From: Squalus acanthias
Lineage: Eukaryota
Assembly (NCBI GenBank): GCA_030390025.1
Contig: CM059446.1
Coordinates: 51,398,001 to 51,462,000 of the forward strand
Direction: 5' to 3'
DNA length: 64,000 nucleotides
The position numbers and the translations under genes were made by a program. Positions 1-8,928 of the stretch are shown here, one piece after another; the first letter of the stretch is position 1; every line of letters begins with the position of its first letter. The notes under the pieces are model-generated. The model did not search any database. It was not told the origin of the DNA and was given only the letters and a program-made list of their open reading frames with translations.

Positions 1-112
1 GGAACTGAGGGGGGTGATGTAACGAGGTTGGATGTAGGCGGTCTTTGTAATGGAGAGAGTACACGATTGGAAACTCTGCTCAGGGCCGAAAAGGACGCCA
101 AGGCGGTCTGGA
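1..112 (-). mobile_element. L2-type LINE RT fragment (cut by window edge)
   Basis: GTAGGCGGTCTTTGTAATGGAGAG and CTCAGGGCCGAAAAGGACGCCAAGG are the reverse complement of the L2 segment at 63640-63710 (TTTGACCCCAATCTGAG...CTCTCCATCACAAAGATCGCCTAC). Confidence 0.55.
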
Positions 113-594
113 TTCACACGTGACGAGCGACCAGTTGTGCAAGGTACCGGAGGGCAGCTGTTCCCTCTGGAATAGTCTCCCAGTGAGAGTTAGCACCTTT
201 AGGGAGGAGGGGAGAAAACTCCGAGGGAATATAGGAGGTTGTAGTAGCAAAGTTCAGCTCAGATAACCAATACACAACAGGGGTGTCAGTGAGCGAAGTG
301 ATCGAGACAGAGACAGAATTCTTGATGCTTTCAAAATCTGTTTGACAAAATAAAAATCTATAGTTTACAGAAATTTGTGTATGAAATTGATATCACATTC
401 TGAATGAAGTGGTGATGGGTAGTATTGGATCTGCATCCGAGCACAGCCTGTGTGTGTGTCAGTGGTTTGGGTCTTGGCCACTGTAAGAGGAAAGTGATAG
501 GTAGAGTATTACGGTAGAGTATTACAGAGACTGGTGGGTTGGTGAGAAGTCCGTTCTGTAAGGGAATGACTGTGCTAGTGCTCCAATAAACAAT

Positions 595-765
595 GGGGTG
601 GATCTTGACTTTATGCGACAGTGTAAAGCGGGTGATAGCGAATCGGCAGGCCGCTTTACATCTCTCCCGAGTTTTGTTTCAATTGACTTCAACAGAAATA
701 AAAACCGGGCTGCCGAGTCGCCATCACCTGTTTTTGCACTGTCGCCCAGAGTCAAAATGACCCCC
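595..765. mobile_element. Palindromic MITE (Harbinger-like), AAT target-site duplication
   Basis: Left arm GGGGTGGATCTTGACTTTATGCGACAGTGTAAAGCGGGTGATAGCGAATCGGCAG matches the reverse complement of the right arm (GGGGGTCATTTTGACTCTGGGCGACAGTGCAAAAACAGGTGATGGCGACTCGGCAG). AAT lies at 592-594 and 766-768. Confidence 0.75.
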
Positions 766-914
766 AATGTTACAAAAAAGCAAACATGAATGTGCAACAC
801 CCACTGTGTATTTGTGAAGAATTAATTTGATGGGGCAACATAAGCAATTAAGAAAAAGTATGTGGCAGTTTTTTTGTCTTCCCTGCTCCTCCCCCTGCTA
901 GACTATGGTTCTGG

Positions 915-1250
915 AGGCACTGGTCACCCATTCATTCAAGTACCCGTTATTCATGTGCCAGGCTATTTGACTGTGGACGGCATCACAACTCATCCTCACT
1001 CAATATCTGAACACGTGTACTTTCCAGCCGGCCACTGGTTAGCCATCAGGAGTAGGATCCCATGCTGATTTTATTATCTCTCCCCCGCCCCCCCCCTCCC
1101 CGAAGTCCAGGGGTGCAGAGGACAATTGTACTGCCCCTAACACTGCCCTAAGTAAGGTGAGTTAACTCAGCACAGAGCAGAGTTGTAACCTGGACCTTCT
1201 GGTCTGTCTGGCATAGTTCCATATTGGATAAATTTGTCAAGGCATCGGGG
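915..1250 (-). mobile_element. Old tRNA-derived SINE
   Basis: Shares diagnostic blocks (TAACTCAGCACAGA, CAATTGTA..GCCCCTA, ATCAGGAG.AGGA) with copies at 3615, 8960, 24985, 42258 and 61960. Confidence 0.55.
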
Positions 1251-1784
1251 AGCCTCAAAAGCTTGGTCTCTGCGAGCTGAGAGCTGCGTATCGTATTTAT
1301 CAGGATGAGGTCAGCACAAATTGATGCCTTTCTGCGCATTTTTTTTTTGTCGTAACACCCCAAGTTTGTCAGAAACTCCTTTTCATGGTTCTCTTTCACA
1401 AAGTGAGAAACCCATCACCGATGCATCCAGCAATCCAATATTTCCTTTTCATACGAAAACTGAACGGTTCTCCTAACAATTTTATATCAAGACAAGCCCA
1501 AAGAGAGCCAGGTCTGCAACCCAAGTGAAGTGATCATTTAACCAACTGGGTCCTATAAATGAGATGCTATCTATTGCTTGGGCACACAGGCTGACATTCC
1601 ATTCTTGGATCTGACGTACACCTCCAGTTGTGCACATTTCAAACATTTTTAAAAAATTCTTTGAAAAATAATTCATTTGAGGATTACCGTTTCAAACTTA
1701 CATTTGAATGGGTTAAGGAAGCACTTGTCATATGGGGAAGAGGAATATTAAACTAAAGAGAAAACCCACAATTACTGGGACACT

Positions 1785-1870
1785 GAAATAAACAGAAAAT
1801 TCTGCAAAAGGCACATCAAAAGACAGGTTAATGTTTCAGGGTAGAGACCCCTGGTCAGAACTGATCAAGA
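1785..1870 (-). mobile_element. Degenerate Penelope-derived short element
   Basis: AACAGAAAATTCTG...GGTTAATGTTTCAGG...GTCAGAAC is homologous to the better-preserved copy at 7812-7910. Confidence 0.45.
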
Positions 1871-2387
1871 AAAGTGGGATGACCCCTTTATAGGACTGTG
1901 CAAGACAGAGGGGAGAGGAGTAGAACAGGTTAAGGATCAGAGTGCAGTTATTCAGTTACAGGGAGGCAGTCATTCACTGGTTAACAAGTGCTGGACAGTT
2001 AACTTACAAATCCTGCTTAAAAAATTATAATCTTGCTCCCCCTCCCCGTGAACAGTTAGCTGTGTGGAGGTTGCTGTGCAGCTAGAGTGAGATAAATTCA
2101 ATGCTCATTAAAGAAAAAAGCCCCGTGCCTATCTCTTTTTGACCACTTGGCTTTCAGATGTAACTGGACAGTAAAACAGCACAACACCTTTTAATAGACA
2201 GTGGCTCTCCATTCTCTAAAGCCGGCTTGAATAAATGTTGATCTTTCCCCCGGCAATAAACAGGATAGGAACAAAAAAACACAAACAACGTTTCAAGAGG
2301 GGGAGCATGCAGCTGTAGCAATTGTGTTAGTAAACAGTTTATTGTGCCCAGATCATTATCCCACCCCTTCCCCTTCCCCTCGATCTG

Positions 2388-2403
2388 ACAATGGCTGCAT
2401 TGT
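2388..2403. promoter_or_regulatory. Candidate SOXE (SOX8/9/10) dimer site
   Basis: ACAATG-GCTG-CATTGT: inverted SOX sites with a 4-bp spacer; further CATTGT and ACAAAG motifs within about 120 bp. Confidence 0.4.
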
Positions 2404-2619
2404 GCTGGGACCCTCATTCGTAGTCTGGAGAGGCAGCTTTGGCATTGTCAAGAGGAGCTGGGAAACGGCTGCGACCACGGCAGAGGTCGAATACAAACAG
2501 ATGCCCATCAGTGACAAAGGCACTGAGTGTTGGCACAGACAAGGGCTTCCTTGTTCCTTGGTGAACTATCTTGGGGTCTGTCTGTGTGCATGCGCCTGTG
2601 TTAATTACTTTTGCAATGC

Positions 2620-2845
2620 AAGTGTGTGTGTGCATGTGTATGTCAGACTGATTGAGTCTTTGGCACAGTGTCTGGATGCATGTTTCTATCTGTATGTGTG
2701 TGTCTCTCTCTCTCTCTGTCACTTTCTCTCTGTCTGTATGTCTCTCTGTCTCTCTCTCCTCTCTGTCTCTTTGTGTGTGTGTGTGCTCTCTCTGTCTGTC
2801 TGTTCTTCTATCTCTGTCTCTCCCCCTCCCTCCCTCGCTCTGTCT
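2620..2845. repeat. Compound (TG)n/(TC)n microsatellite
   Basis: Visible GT and CT dinucleotide runs; these explain the low-complexity ORFs here. Confidence 0.9.
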
Positions 2846-3614
2846 CAAGCACAAATATATAACAATGTACTTGAACATTAACCACTCCAGCACCAGGCAT
2901 CATAGAACTTTGTGGAATTTTAACATTTCTTTTTAGAACGTCTAACACAGGGTGCCCCGTAGTATTGTGTTTTATCATTTCATGATTTGTGTTGATATTT
3001 AAATATGAAAACATCATTAACAAAAGAACCGGTGGCTGCTTCTTTCTGCACTTCTTTGAAATGGTAAAAATGAGAATTCTATAAAAGTCCTTTGTGAAAT
3101 GTAGGAGCATCATTTATAAAATAGTCACAGAAAATAGGTCTACAAGCAAACAAGATGGATGTAGAAAGAGAGAGAGTGTGCGAGAAAGAGGGATAGAATC
3201 CCCATTTACTCCCCCAGTAATAAATTTAAAGTCCTTTCTGAATTTATGGCTCGTTTGATTCCAAATGCACCCAGGGAACAAAGCAAATTAATTTATTGCA
3301 ACGACAGCGCAGAGTTTAAAAAAAAAACTCTCCCACGTCCCATATGTCAGTTTAAAAGCAATTCTGCAGCAAATGTATTCCAGTCAGGTCTCATAACCCT
3401 GAGTGTGCACTAATCTGCTACCCTTCTGTACCCTAAATGGGATTCAGATGGGCACAATACAACTGGCAAAGAGGCAACTCATGTCTCTGGTCTGAGATTG
3501 GCAGAACGGCAAGATTTTACTTGCCCTCTTAAAAGGAGCAATTTTCGTTGAATCTGTTTGTTTCAACTCATCAGCATCATTTTTTTTTAATAAACATCTT
3601 CTTTAAAATAGAGA

Positions 3615-3792
3615 CGGTTGTTCCGACAGCTCAGTGAGTAAATGCACTGCTTATTGTGGTACTGAGCCATACAAACCAAAAAGACCCCCATGTTCTGTCC
3701 TTGGTCTGTGTTGAGTTTCCTGATCTGTCAGGGCAGCAGTAGGGCTGCTACTTTTAACCCCTGCATCCCTGGGTTAGGGAGGGAAAACAAGC
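3615..3792 (+). mobile_element. 5' part of tRNA-derived SINE
   Basis: A-box-like AGCTCAGTGAG followed by GGTCTGTGTTGAGTT..CTGATCT..AGGGCAGCAGTAGGG; same family as 915-1250. Confidence 0.5.
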
Positions 3793-4894
3793 ACCTGTAC
3801 CATTCATAATATCCCACACAGGCCTTCAGGAACATTAAGCAGATCAGCTCAATGGAATGCCCTGTACAAAAGGGGTGGGATGAGCTGAATATTCAGGAGA
3901 AAAAAACACAGTTGGAAAAATACTTAGAGAATGAGAGTTGGACAGAAAGATACTAAGGAAGGTATAAAGACAAATAGACATGCAGTGTAACAGGCAGAGA
4001 CCGATGAGCCAATGATCAGAGACAGGCAGATTGAGGGACAGGACCATTGAGAGCATCAGAGCCAGAAGAGTGAGGGAGAGAGAATGAAAATAAGGATCTA
4101 TTCAAACAAAGCATAAATGAGAGGAACAGCAGGAAAGATATGCGGGGAATGAGCTGAAAGGGGAGTGAGCAAGATATGATTGACATCAGTGCAGCACAGT
4201 CCATCGCCATATTTAAACAGTCAGCCTGTGATTATCAAAAGGTTGCACAAGTAACAAAACAAGCTTGATTTATTCTTGCTACCACAGCCCAATGTTGTGA
4301 TGGGATGAATTCCACGAGGCTCCCATTCTAGAATCTTCGTCTCCAATGTGATGGAGACCGAACTTGGGCTTCCTGCAGCAGGAGCTGTGCCGGCCGCAGG
4401 GAAAAAATCAAGTGCAGGGCCTCTCTCGGGCAGACAGACAGTGCTGGCATCAGACTGACAGGGCATATGTCAAACAGAGGGAGACATGATAAACTAGGAG
4501 CCAGTCTGCACAGACGGGCTGCAGAATCTGTCACTGAGACACATGGATTTTCTGTTTTCACTTTTAATTTAATGATTAAGTGTTAATGTTATTGAATTTT
4601 TAATGCATGTTATTCAACCGCAAACCTTACATATGTTGAACCAAACACATTTACTAAATATATTTGTGTTGCTTTATTTTTTTTATAGTTCTCCTGGTCT
4701 AAGATTTGTCTACTGTGCACGCCTTCTGTCCTCCTCCTCTTCGCCCTCATTAAAGATGGCAGGGCAAGTAGATAAGGTCATTGAAAGGTAAACAGAAGCC
4801 TTGGTTTTATATCTAGAGGCAAGAAGGTAAATTAAACAAGTACAAGGTTTTAGGCTGCAGTTTGAGTATTGTGTATGGTTTTGGGCATTATAGG

Positions 4895-5060
4895 CTTTAA
4901 GACGTTCCTTGAAACCTACCTCTTTGACCAAGCTTTTAGTCACCCATCCTAATAGCTCCTTCTTTGGCTCGGTCTCAATTTTTGTCTGATCACACTTCTG
5001 TGATGTTTTGCCATGTTAAAGGCGCTAGATAAATGCAAGTTGTTGTTGTTGTTGTTGTTG
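4895..5060 (+). mobile_element. L2 LINE 3' tail ending in (GTT)n
   Basis: AAACCTACCTCTTTGACCAAGCTTTT...ATAAATGCAAGT(TGT)n; homologous to 48900-49020 and 60690-60840. Confidence 0.75.
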
Positions 5061-5092
5061 AAATGGAAACGATCCAGCATAAATTCACTCGG

Positions 5093-5506
5093 ATGTTCTC
5101 CTTCGAGCAGAGAAGGTTAAGGGGAAATTTGATAGAGATGTTCAAAATCATAAAAGGTTTTGATAGAGTAAATAAGGGGAAACTGTTTCCAGTGGCAGAA
5201 GGGTCACTAACCAGAGGGCGCATAATTAAGGTAATTGGCAAAAGAACTAGAAGCGACATGAGGAAAAAATGTTCAAGCAGCGAGTTGTTATAATCTGGAA
5301 TGCACTGCCTGAAAGGGTGGTGGAAGCAGATTCAGTAATAACTTTCAAAAGGAAATTGGATAAATACTTAAAGGGGAAATATGTTCAGGGCTATGGGGAA
5401 AGAGCAGGGGAGTGGGACTAATTGGCTAGCTCTTGCAAAGAGCCGGCACAGGAACGATGGGCCGAATGGCTTCCTTCTGTGCTGCATCATTCTATGATTC
5501 TATGTT
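5093..5506 (+). mobile_element. Younger CR1 3' fragment
   Basis: Translates as FSFEQRRLRGNLIEMFKIIKGFDRVNKGKLFP (CR1 ORF2 C-terminus); TCTATGATTCTATG tail; ATGTT at both ends. Confidence 0.9.
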
Positions 5507-5687
5507 ACCAGGGATGATGGGCTACAGTTATTACATTACATAGGATTACATAGAATTTACAGCACAGAAACAGGCCATTCAGCCCAACTGGTCTATGTTG
5601 GTGTTTATGCTCCACATGAGCCTCCTCCCACTCTATTTATGAGAAGTCGCACAACACCAGGTTATAGTCCAACAGTTTTATTTGAAA

Positions 5688-5724
5688 TCACGAGCTTTCG
5701 GAGCGCTGCTTCTTCGTCAGGTGA
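5688..5724 (-). ncRNA. Minimal type I hammerhead ribozyme (antisense copy)
   Basis: Reverse complement TCAC-CTGACGA-A-GAAGC-AGC-GCTCC-GAA-AGCT-C-GTGA; one mismatch in stem II. Confidence 0.7.
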
Positions 5725-5731
5725 AATCACT

Positions 5732-5768
5732 TCACCTGACGAAGGAGCAGCGCTCCGAAAGCTCGTGA
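5732..5768 (+). ncRNA. Minimal type I hammerhead ribozyme
   Basis: TCAC-CTGACGA-A-GGAGC-AGC-GCTCC-GAA-AGCT-C-GTGA: stem I TCAC/GTGA, core CUGANGA and GAAA, 5-bp stem II, palindromic AGCU stem III, CUC cleavage triplet. Confidence 0.8.
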
Positions 5769-6917
5769 TTTCAAATAAAACTGTTGGACTATAACCTGGT
5801 GTTGTGCGACTTCTCATTTTTGTCCACCCCAGTCCAGCACTGGCATCTCCGCATCATGGCCACTCTATTTACTTCATCTCACCCTATCAGCATAACCTTC
5901 TACTTCTTTCTCCCTCATGTACTTATCTAGCTTCCCCATAAATTCATCTATGCTATTCACCTCAATCACTCAATGTGATAGCGAATTCCACATTCTCACC
6001 ACTCTCTGAGGAAAGAAGATTCTCCAGAATTCCTTACTGGATTCATTAGTGACTATCTTATATTTATAGCCTCTATTTTTGGACTCCCCACAAGTGGAAA
6101 GATCTTCTCCATGCCTATCCATCGAACCCCTTCATTATTTCAAGTTACGAAGAGAGACTTGAGAGATTAGGATTTTTTTTTAATTGGAGCTGAGGTCAAG
6201 TGATAAAGGGTTATGATAAGCTAATTAGTGATAGATTGTTTCCACTGGTCAGTGAGACTGTAATAAGAGGTCACACATTTTAAATACTCACATAAAGAAT
6301 TAAAGGAAAAGTTAGAAAGAATTTCTTTCCACAGAGGGCTGTTTGAACATGGAATTCTCTACCACAAACTGCTGTTGAAGCAGATTCGATAAATTCTTTC
6401 AAAAGGGAACTAGATAACTACTTGAAAAAGAGGAACATTAATTGGTATAGGGAGTGAGGCGGTGAATGGGAGTAGACGAGGTTGCTTGTGGAGAAAAACA
6501 CTGCTTTGGTCTTGATGGGACAAATGGCCTGTATGAGCTGCTGTACATAGTTTTAAGATGTTCTTTGCACTATTGGTAGGTAGAGATTTTTAATCACCAT
6601 CCTCACTGATTTTTTTGGGGAGATGTTCTATGATTCTTGCTCTTACTCCCTCTCTCCCTCCCTTGTGTTTCACTTTTGAATTATTTTTTGCCATTATGTG
6701 TGTGTTTGTAAACAAAATGGAAATAACATTTGTCAAATGCTTCCCCCCCCCTTGAATGCACTATTGCCATTAATAAACAGAGGGTAATGGATAATTAATG
6801 GGATATGGAAATTACATCATAATGCACCCGTGACAAAGTTACAAGTGGGTTGTGTGGACTGGTCATGGGGGACAGTTTTTGTTACTGCAGTTTGTTTTCT
6901 AACACTTTGGTGCTAAA

Positions 6918-7045
6918 GAAAAGAAACACTTGCATTTATGTAGCGCCTTTCCTGACCTCAGGACGTCCCAAAGCGCTTTACAGCCAATGAAGTACTTTTT
7001 AAAAAAATGTCGTCACTGTTGTAATGTAGGAAATGCTGGCAAAGA
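6918..7045 (-). mobile_element. 3' tail of DeuSINE-like element
   Basis: CTTGCATTTATGTAGCGCCTTTCCTGACCTCAGGACGTCCCAAAGCGCTTTACAGCCAATGAAGTACTTTT is antisense to 31805-31880. Confidence 0.65.
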
Positions 7046-7811
7046 CTGGAATTTCTTTCAAATTAAGAGAAACTTCTTTTAATTTCAATTTTTTCATTTT
7101 TTCTAATATGGTTACTTTTTGTCTTTGCCCCATCCACCCCCTACCCCTACACAGAGGTAGTGAGGTAATTGAGAGTATATGATATTTCCTAGTGACATGA
7201 TCTGTGCTGCTAACCTCTGAGACCTGCACTGCCCATGTGACATTTTGCTTCGCCACAAGTAGCTCTGCCAGGTATCGGATTCAATGAACGTTATCCAATG
7301 ATCCATGGGACTGAGAGGGAGGAGGCATGTTCAATGTGCAGTTAATCATCTCGACTTCGATTTAGCATCCGGTCCATTGCTCAGTTCATTGCTTTAGGGC
7401 GTTCACGTAATAAAAGCTGTGAGTTGTACATCGACCTTTCATCTCTGGGACCTGGGTTTCAATCCAGTTTCATGGGATGAAAGTCCCCCCTCTCTGCCGC
7501 CTGCTAAAGTCCAATGTAAGATGAGTGTGGGGCTGTTTCAATCCAGTTCCTAGTGGGCCCACACTCAAAGGTTCTGCCACATATAAAGAGTTTGGGGAGG
7601 GGGTGAATCAGGAGCAATTCAGGGATTTGGAGAGGGGCCCATAACCCATACCAAAAACACTAGGAGGGCCATATCTCCTCACTCCCCCATCCCTTCCTTG
7701 TACTCCGAACTTAGCAATAGGTTGGCAGTCTCACTCAGAGACCAAAGGATGGCTGGTACACAAAATAGAAAAATTGTCACATTGGTGCAGCAGAGAGTGT
7801 TCTTTTGACAT

Positions 7812-7910
7812 ATAAACAGAAAATGCTGGAAATACTCAGTCAGGCAGCATCTGCGGAGAGAGAAACAGAGTTAACGTTTCAGGTTGGTGACCTTTCGTCA
7901 GAACGTTTCT
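7812..7910 (-). mobile_element. Penelope-derived short element, second family
   Basis: AAACAGAAAATGCTGGAAATACTCAG...GAGTTAACGTTTCAGGTTGGTGACCTTTCGTCAGAAC; several homologous copies in the window. Confidence 0.7.
7870..7904 (-). ncRNA. Minimal hammerhead ribozyme motif (family 2)
   Basis: Reverse complement GTT-CTGACGA-A-AGGT-CACCA-ACCT-GAA-ACGT-T-AAC: stem I GTT/AAC, 4-bp stem II, palindromic ACGU stem III, GUU triplet. Confidence 0.65.
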
Positions 7911-8069
7911 TATTTGATGTTGAGGTTCAGGCGCATGGTTGGGACAGTGTAGAGCGAGCTTTTTTCTGCACCTAACCCACACTGTACCTGACCTGGGAGG
8001 GCTTGATGCTGACGCTGGTCACCGAACTGAACTCATGTCTCGTTTGAAGTTTTGTTCTGTGAGCATTCT

Positions 8070-8460
8070 GGCGAGTGAACCATGATGATAGGCTGTGGAA
8101 AGTAGGAATGTTTAGGTTTGAAGAGAAGATTCGGGGAGATCTTATTGAAGTAACCAAGATCCAGAGAGGTATAGACAAACTGAACCCTAGTATCTATATT
8201 TAATATGATGACAAAAGTTAAAACAAGGGGGCACGAATTCAAGCTCAGAGCAGGGAAGGTGAACAGACAGTTCAGATTTCATTATTTTACACAGAAGGTG
8301 GTGAATGTACAATATGAACTGCTCAGGGAGACCTTGGAGGCAGATAGGCTTGGTAAATTCAAGGAAGAGCTGAATGGATATTTGCCGAGAAAAGTGATTG
8401 AGAGTATGAGAGATAGAGTGGTGTATGACATTTTCTGGAGTTTGAGTGCAGCCTGATTGA
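8070..8460 (+). mobile_element. Old CR1 3' fragment
   Basis: KTRGHEFKLRAGKVNRQFRFHYFTQKVVN translation. Confidence 0.75.
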
Positions 8461-8664
8461 ATGTTACAGCCTTTTATACTCATGTACATTGCTCTATAGC
8501 CCTCTGACTCAACAAATGGATAATTGAAGCGTGGACAATGGACTTTTCACTGCTAAAGCCATCTCCTTCAGTCATCTCATTTATTTCTTAGCTGTATTGT
8601 GTTGGATACTCAGAACAGCCACTCTAGAAATAAACAATTGAACACCTGAGTCCTCAAATGGTCT

Positions 8665-8928
8665 TTAAAAGAAATTTCTTCACTCAGAGGGTTGTGAAGC
8701 TTTGGAATTCTCTATCCCCAGAGGGCTGTGGGCGATCAGTCGTTGAGCATATTCAAAACAGAGATCGATAGACTTTTGGATACTAAGGGAATCAAAGGAT
8801 TTGGGGATAGGGTGCGAAAGTGGAGTTGAGGTAGAAGATCAGCCATGATCTTATTGTTTGGTGGAGGAGGCTCGAAGGGCCAAATGGCCTACTCTTGCAC
8901 CTATTTCTTATGTTCTTATGTTCTTATG
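8665..8928 (+). mobile_element. CR1 3' end with (TTCTTATG)n tail
   Basis: AATTTCTTCACTCAGAGGGTTGTG...TGGAATTCTCT, 3'UTR, tandem tail. Confidence 0.85.

Larger units (their letters stand above)
5640..5859. mobile_element. Penelope-like (PLE) non-autonomous palindromic element with ~40-bp tail and 12-bp TSD
   Basis: 87-bp inverted arms (5639-5725 / 5731-5817) with one mismatch and a 5-nt loop, unique tail 5818-5859, TSD CCACTCTATTTA at 5628-5639 and 5860-5871. Confidence 0.85.
5531..6142 (-). mobile_element. CR1 3' fragment (antisense), host of the Penelope palindrome
   Basis: Reverse-complement homology to 18480-18800; AGTTA on both sides. Confidence 0.85.
4752..6560 (+). mobile_element. Old CR1 LINE 3' fragment split by nested insertions
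   Basis: Colinear pieces of the CR1 ORF2 C-terminus at about 4752-4894, 5061-5097, 5507-5530 and 6143-6560, comparable to 18140-18790. Confidence 0.7.
7370..8022 (+). mobile_element. LF-SINE-like element, interrupted
   Basis: Blocks CCTTTCATCTCTGGGACCTGGGTTTCAATCCAG, TCCAGTTCCTAGTGG, GTTGGCAGTCTCA and CTGTACCTG resemble the LF-SINE consensus as I recall it, in the same order. Confidence 0.55.

Noticed and set aside
2324-2936. Cys/Leu/Ser-rich and Arg/Glu-rich ORFs
   Set aside because: Translations of TG/TC microsatellites.
4320-4480. GC-rich exon-like stretch
   Set aside because: No recognisable protein in any frame and no convincing donor site.
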